Under the pieces are notes generated by a model. It saw only the letters and a program-made list of their open reading frames with translations, searched no databases and was not told the DNA's origin. Both the position numbers and the translations under genes were made by a program. A DNA stretch of 56,125 bases, taken from NCBI GenBank assembly GCA_001804125.1, contig MHFI01000004.1:1-56125 (forward strand), given 5' to 3'. The stretch comes from Omnitrophica bacterium RIFCSPHIGHO2_02_FULL_51_18. GTDB lineage: Bacteria > Omnitrophota > Gorgyraeia > 2-02-FULL-51-18. This document shows, piece after piece, positions 52,708 to 56,125 of this stretch. Every line of letters begins with the position of its first letter. Within the stretch, counting starts at the first letter, position 1.

Positions 52708-53262
52708 TTGGTGAAACCTTCCTGGACTGTCGTGATCGGCGCCGCTTCGCTCGGCGCCGTCTGCCTGGCTGCTTTTCCTTTGGCCACGAATTACTACCGG
52801 ACTTATTATGGAACGCGCGAGCCTTTTTACGGCTCCCCGGTGCCGGCATTCTCAAGTTGGGTTCAGATTCGAAATGACCCCTACGGAAAAGGCGCTTTCG
52901 GAGCTTCCAGGAACGGGGGCCGGGTTCATCAAGGCTTAGATCTCGTTACCCGAGCCGGGTACCCGGTTTTTGCGGCTAAGAGCGGGCGTGTCGCCTTTTC
53001 GGGCGATGCAAAGGGTTATGGCCTCAGTACGGATATTCTTCATCCGGACGGTTTGCGCAGCCGCTATGCGCATCTTTCGGCGTTGGACGTTCAGGCCGGG
53101 GATTGGGTGGTTAAGGAGCAGATCATCGGAAAAAGCGGAAAGACCGGCAATGCCCAGAACCCTCACATCACTCCGCATCTTCACTTTGAAATAAGAAACC
53201 GGGAAACTGCCTTAAATCCCACGGCGAATTTGCTGGATCCGTCAATCGTCATCAGTTATTGA
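52708..53262 (+). CDS. M23 family metallopeptidase (LytM-like)
   Basis: HQGLDL, YAHLS and PHLHFEI. N-terminal hydrophobic anchor. Non-ATG start (TTG 52708 or GTG 52711). Confidence 0.85.
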   Translation: MVKPSWTVVIGAASLGAVCLAAFPLATNYYRTYYGTREPFYGSPVPAFSSWVQIRNDPYGKGAFGASRNGGRVHQGLDLVTRAGYPVFAAKSGRVAFSGDAKGYGLSTDILHPDGLRSRYAHLSALDVQAGDWVVKEQIIGKSGKTGNAQNPHITPHLHFEIRNRETALNPTANLLDPSIVISY

Positions 53263-53283
53263 GTTACGCATAAGGAGCCGCCC

Positions 53284-53814
53284 ATGAAACGTTTAGTCCC
53301 TAAAGCTGTGTTTGTATTATCGCTTGGTTTGTTTCTTTGCGCGGAGGCGCACGCTTTGACGGTGCTGAAAGGCGGCGAAGCCGAGAAGTATCTCGGGGAC
53401 ATCAAACAGCATATTTTGGGCGGAACGTACGCGTATGAAATTTTGTCCCGTTCCCATCGGGACGCCATGCATGGGCGGTTTTCCGACGGACTTATTTTTA
53501 ATACCGGCGGTGGAAACTTTCTTTACCCGAAAAGAAAGAATGGAGAACACATCTTTGTGATTGATGCGCCCAACGGTCGTGAAGAGGAGCCTGTCACGGA
53601 AGATAACTGGCGCCAAAAGATAAAAAATACGCTCTCCGATGACAATGATATTCCCTATGTTTTTCTGGATGAGGCCCAAAAGGAGCTTGCCATTGTTTAC
53701 GTGGGGAAGGGAACCCAGGTTTCTTCTAAAATGACATCCGAAGGATTGCTTCAAATTGAGCTTGAGGTAGAAGGGGCCAGAGACGCCAGGAACTCCTCGA
53801 GAAGACGTTACTAA
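53284..53814 (+). CDS. hypothetical secreted protein
   Basis: Signal peptide MKRLVPKAVFVLSLGLFLCAEAHA. SD AAGGAG lies upstream. No recognised family. Confidence 0.5.
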   Translation: MKRLVPKAVFVLSLGLFLCAEAHALTVLKGGEAEKYLGDIKQHILGGTYAYEILSRSHRDAMHGRFSDGLIFNTGGGNFLYPKRKNGEHIFVIDAPNGREEEPVTEDNWRQKIKNTLSDDNDIPYVFLDEAQKELAIVYVGKGTQVSSKMTSEGLLQIELEVEGARDARNSSRRRY

Positions 53815-53840
53815 CCTATTGAAATATAACGAGTTACAAC

Positions 53841-53864
53841 ACACCTTGAAATAGGTGTTTTTTG
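53841..53864 (+). terminator. weak Rho-independent terminator candidate
   Basis: ACACCT-tgaaat-AGGTGT followed by TTTTTGTT. Confidence 0.3.
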
Positions 53865-54236
53865 TTGTATACTTTATGCAGGAGTTTAATAAGTAGTTAG
53901 TTTGCTCATTTAATTTTAAAGTTTGTTATAAAAGGCAAACCTTCGCCAAAGAGTACGGCGAACCCATAGGGTTCGGTGTGCTTGATTAGCGAACCCGCCA
54001 CGGTTTTTGACGGGTCCGGAAACGGGGGGACGTCCGCGAAGTTCGTGCGGATTCGCCGATAAGTGAAGCGGGTCGATAGACTCGCCGCGCTTTTTGGCGA
54101 GCAAAGCCAACAGGCCTACATCCGGTTTTTTAAGCGGGTAGGGCGGCTGGGTTGCTGACAGGTGGGTCCCCTATTCCGATTTTCGGAATTTGCCAAAACA
54201 CCGATGTTTTAAAGGCGGTGTCCGAGGAATAGGGAG

Positions 54237-56042
54237 ATGAAACAAGCAGTAAAGGTTGGATTAGCCATTTTGGCGTGCATGACAGTACTGGAATTGAAGA
54301 ACCAGGCGCTGGCGGCCAACCCCGACTTATCCAGCATTTCATCCTATTCAGAGATAAATCTAAGCGATCCTCAAAAAAGTACTCCTTTAGTTGTTTCCAT
54401 TGACCGCAGTCAGAGCATTGCTTACCGCTGGAAACCCTGGCAACGGGTGAAAGTATGGGCGTATGTGCATCATCCGGGCGGACGGGCAGAGAGCTTAAAA
54501 GACAGAAACGGCAGGAGTTGGTGGGAAGTGCGTCTCAATTCCCATGGCGAGGGAAAGCTTGTGATATTTCCGGCGGCGGAGAATTACACAGGCCAGTTGA
54601 TCGTTAAAGGCAACGGCAAAAGACTTTTGGGTCGTACCGTTGAAAAAACCTATGAATACCGTTTTCCGGACGGCGTTTCCATCAAGGTTTATTTCACAGA
54701 CCAGTCTTTGGAGGCGAGCGGACAAGATGCAGTTTTTCCGAAAGAAGTACTGGATGCGGCCGTGTCCGCTTATCAGACGATCACCCAGTTCCAGGGATTT
54801 AATACCGAAGGCTACGCGTTTGCCTCGCCCGATAAAAACTATGCCTATGACCCCGACAAAACCATTGATATTTATCTGGGCAATCCCAATGAAACGAACA
54901 ACTTTTCTTATCATGGCTTTAATCCCGCTTCGTTTAAAGATGCGCCCTGCTTTGATACGGTTCGTATCTCGGAGACGGGGTTTGGCGCCGTCATTTTATT
55001 GCCCGTAAACTACCGGGATTTCATTAAAAACTGGGAGCGAATCAACCCTTCGCCGTTGGGCACCCGCAACCTAGAGGTGGACTTGAGAGGCACGCTGATC
55101 CATGAGATGCTTCATGTGGTCCTCTTTTATTACAACCACAATCTTAACAAGGAGCTTGACGGGACCGCGGGAACCCCTCATAAAAAACTGGATTGGTATG
55201 TGGAGGGACTCGCGCGCTATTTTGAGACATTTGCCGGCGCGCGTCATGATTTTTATTCTCAAGGGTTTAAGCAGGTGCTGCCGGATAAAATACGCTTTTC
55301 CCGCGGCGGCTCCAATTATTTCATGCGCTACCCCGACCAGTCGTTTATGGAGCTTCGGTATGAAAATGCGCTTTTTTGGAGATTCTTGGACACTCGTTAT
55401 GGCATGTCTTCGATTGAGCGTTTGAGCCGTGAACTTCGAAATTACGGTCCGGAGAACTTTAAGGCGGCGCTCGAGAAAGTGACCCACGAACCCATAGCAC
55501 AGCTTCTTAAGGAATTTGCAGTTGCGATTCTTCTAAAGGATTTCGGGCTAAAAGAGGACGGCGTTTATTTAAAGAAGATAGCGGCCACACGCCTTGTGTA
55601 CCGGGATAAAAAACTCTACCTGAAGGACGGTTACGGTTCAGAAAAGGCGCTGGGCACTGTTTGCCGGACCGATTGGGTGGGTGAATGGGATGATCGCAAG
55701 GTCAGGCACGAAGAGCCTGCCGTGGCCGGAGACAATACCGGGATAAGCGATGTGTCTGGGTGGGCGACGGATTATTATGAAATTGACCTCGCGAAAGAAA
55801 CAACGACCTTGCCGGAGTTAGACATTCTCACGGATACTTCAAACGCGTCACTTGCCGTGCAGGTTCTCCTGGTGACGCAGGGGGGCTCGATGATTAAGCG
55901 GGAACAGGGCCGCTGCGTGTCGTTGGAAAAAGAAATCAGAAAAGAGGGGCTGGAAGCCCGTGATATCAACAAAATTTATTTATTAATCACCAACACAGAT
56001 TCTTTGGAAGTTATTCCCTACCGGATCAGCGTCAAAGCTTGA
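54237..56042 (+). CDS. secreted putative zinc metalloprotease (HExxH, MA-clan / Peptidase_MA_2-like)
   Basis: Signal peptide. LIHEMLHVV (HExxH) is followed about 26 aa later by WYVEGLARYFE, a gluzincin-type third ligand. Confidence 0.65.
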   Translation: MKQAVKVGLAILACMTVLELKNQALAANPDLSSISSYSEINLSDPQKSTPLVVSIDRSQSIAYRWKPWQRVKVWAYVHHPGGRAESLKDRNGRSWWEVRLNSHGEGKLVIFPAAENYTGQLIVKGNGKRLLGRTVEKTYEYRFPDGVSIKVYFTDQSLEASGQDAVFPKEVLDAAVSAYQTITQFQGFNTEGYAFASPDKNYAYDPDKTIDIYLGNPNETNNFSYHGFNPASFKDAPCFDTVRISETGFGAVILLPVNYRDFIKNWERINPSPLGTRNLEVDLRGTLIHEMLHVVLFYYNHNLNKELDGTAGTPHKKLDWYVEGLARYFETFAGARHDFYSQGFKQVLPDKIRFSRGGSNYFMRYPDQSFMELRYENALFWRFLDTRYGMSSIERLSRELRNYGPENFKAALEKVTHEPIAQLLKEFAVAILLKDFGLKEDGVYLKKIAATRLVYRDKKLYLKDGYGSEKALGTVCRTDWVGEWDDRKVRHEEPAVAGDNTGISDVSGWATDYYEIDLAKETTTLPELDILTDTSNASLAVQVLLVTQGGSMIKREQGRCVSLEKEIRKEGLEARDINKIYLLITNTDSLEVIPYRISVKA

Positions 56043-56061
56043 TCGGATATTCCCATTTAAC

Positions 56062-56090
56062 TTGACTTACCCTCCGGCAATTTTTATAAT
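56062..56090 (+). promoter_or_regulatory. near-consensus sigma70 promoter for a gene starting at 56121
   Basis: TTGACT (56062-56067), a 17 nt spacer, then TATAAT (56085-56090). SD GAGGAGG at 56107-56113. The ATG at 56121 is cut by the window end. Confidence 0.7.
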
Positions 56091-56125
56091 GTTTTATCAA
56101 ATCAACGAGGAGGTTTCTTAATGTC

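Noticed and set aside
52610-52714. 34-aa hydrophobic ORF (MFNPFFKLNSNRYTLIGVVAGIFIGAFARVLLHW) overlapping the M23 start.
   Set aside because: It has no SD and is very short, so it cannot be distinguished from chance without conservation data. It is mentioned only in a finding.
53931-54000. Possible GEMM-I c-di-GMP riboswitch, because of AAAGGCAAACC followed by a hairpin.
   Set aside because: The rest of the consensus as I remember it (GNRA-capped P1b closing with CC/GG, then ACGCAAAGCC and the second hairpin) is not present. The resemblance is limited to about 10 nt.
53916-54110. 64-aa - strand ORF in the long spacer.
   Set aside because: The Arg-rich product has no SD and lies in a region dominated by hairpins. 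It is more likely non-coding.
1-56125. Mobile-element genes (transposase, integrase, phage structural genes), rRNA, tmRNA, RNase P and SRP RNA.
   Set aside because: None was recognised on either strand by eye. The CCGGAAAC-containing stretch near 54015 does not match the SRP RNA conserved motif.

Overview
This 56,125 bp window is about 50% GC and very gene-dense. Coding is almost entirely on the + strand; only 39893-41232 is on the - strand. Many starts and stops overlap by 1-4 nt. It reads as a chromosomal segment of an uncultivated Gram-negative bacterium. Several small marker-like families (small basic protein, Minf_1886-like, TIGR04073-like, ExeA/GspB pair) suggest a PVC/Omnitrophota-like lineage; this is inference only.

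Gene content in order:
- 1-14150: a carbamoyltransferase tail with an SxtJ-like and a DUF5989-like gene, then a large LPS/glycan cluster. The cluster holds 2 GT4, a WbaP-like initiating transferase, an SGNH hydrolase, an O-antigen ligase-like protein, 3 GT9 heptosyltransferases, a methyltransferase, 2 GT2, gmhB and an MGDG-synthase-like GT.
- 14140-31180: housekeeping genes. These are UDG, priA, def, fmt, aroQ, pepP, efp, accB, accC, a PPi-type PFK, gmhA, hldC, ThiD2-like/thiE and a PfkB kinase.
- 18669-23032: a translationally coupled unknown cassette within that stretch. It encodes a CBS-tailed protein, two GalT-like paralogs (one lacking the catalytic His) and a flippase-like membrane protein.
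- 31201-35354: a Phd/VapC toxin-antitoxin module with a consensus promoter and operator, tRNA-Gly(CCC), and an Arch-ATPase/DUF234-like ATPase coupled to a dGTPase.
- 35381-41741: a GAF protein with a degenerate HD-GYP domain, SPOR, small basic protein, aroB, an ExeA/GspB pair on the - strand, and a TIGR04073-like protein.
- 42060-46167: a seven-gene operon with an HTH, three stand-alone PilZ proteins, two small unknown proteins and a cNMP-binding/degenerate ParA-like/patatin phospholipase.
- 46283-56042: a beta-oxidation operon plus lysophospholipase, then an M23 peptidase and two secreted proteins, one of them an HExxH MA-clan metalloprotease.

Intergenic DNA holds a superfamily of TGTCAT...ATGACA nested palindromic elements in at least four sub-families, with two clear nested insertions. 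It also holds a second structured repeat present twice with compensatory changes, and a perfect 54-bp palindrome. No CRISPR array, rRNA, transposase or integrase was seen.

The best candidate for an undescribed system is the PilZ x3 / cNMP-ParA-like-patatin operon. Secondary candidates are the ATPase-dGTPase pair next to the tRNA/TA locus and the CBS/GalT-like/flippase cassette. All family assignments come from motif recognition by eye, not from searches.
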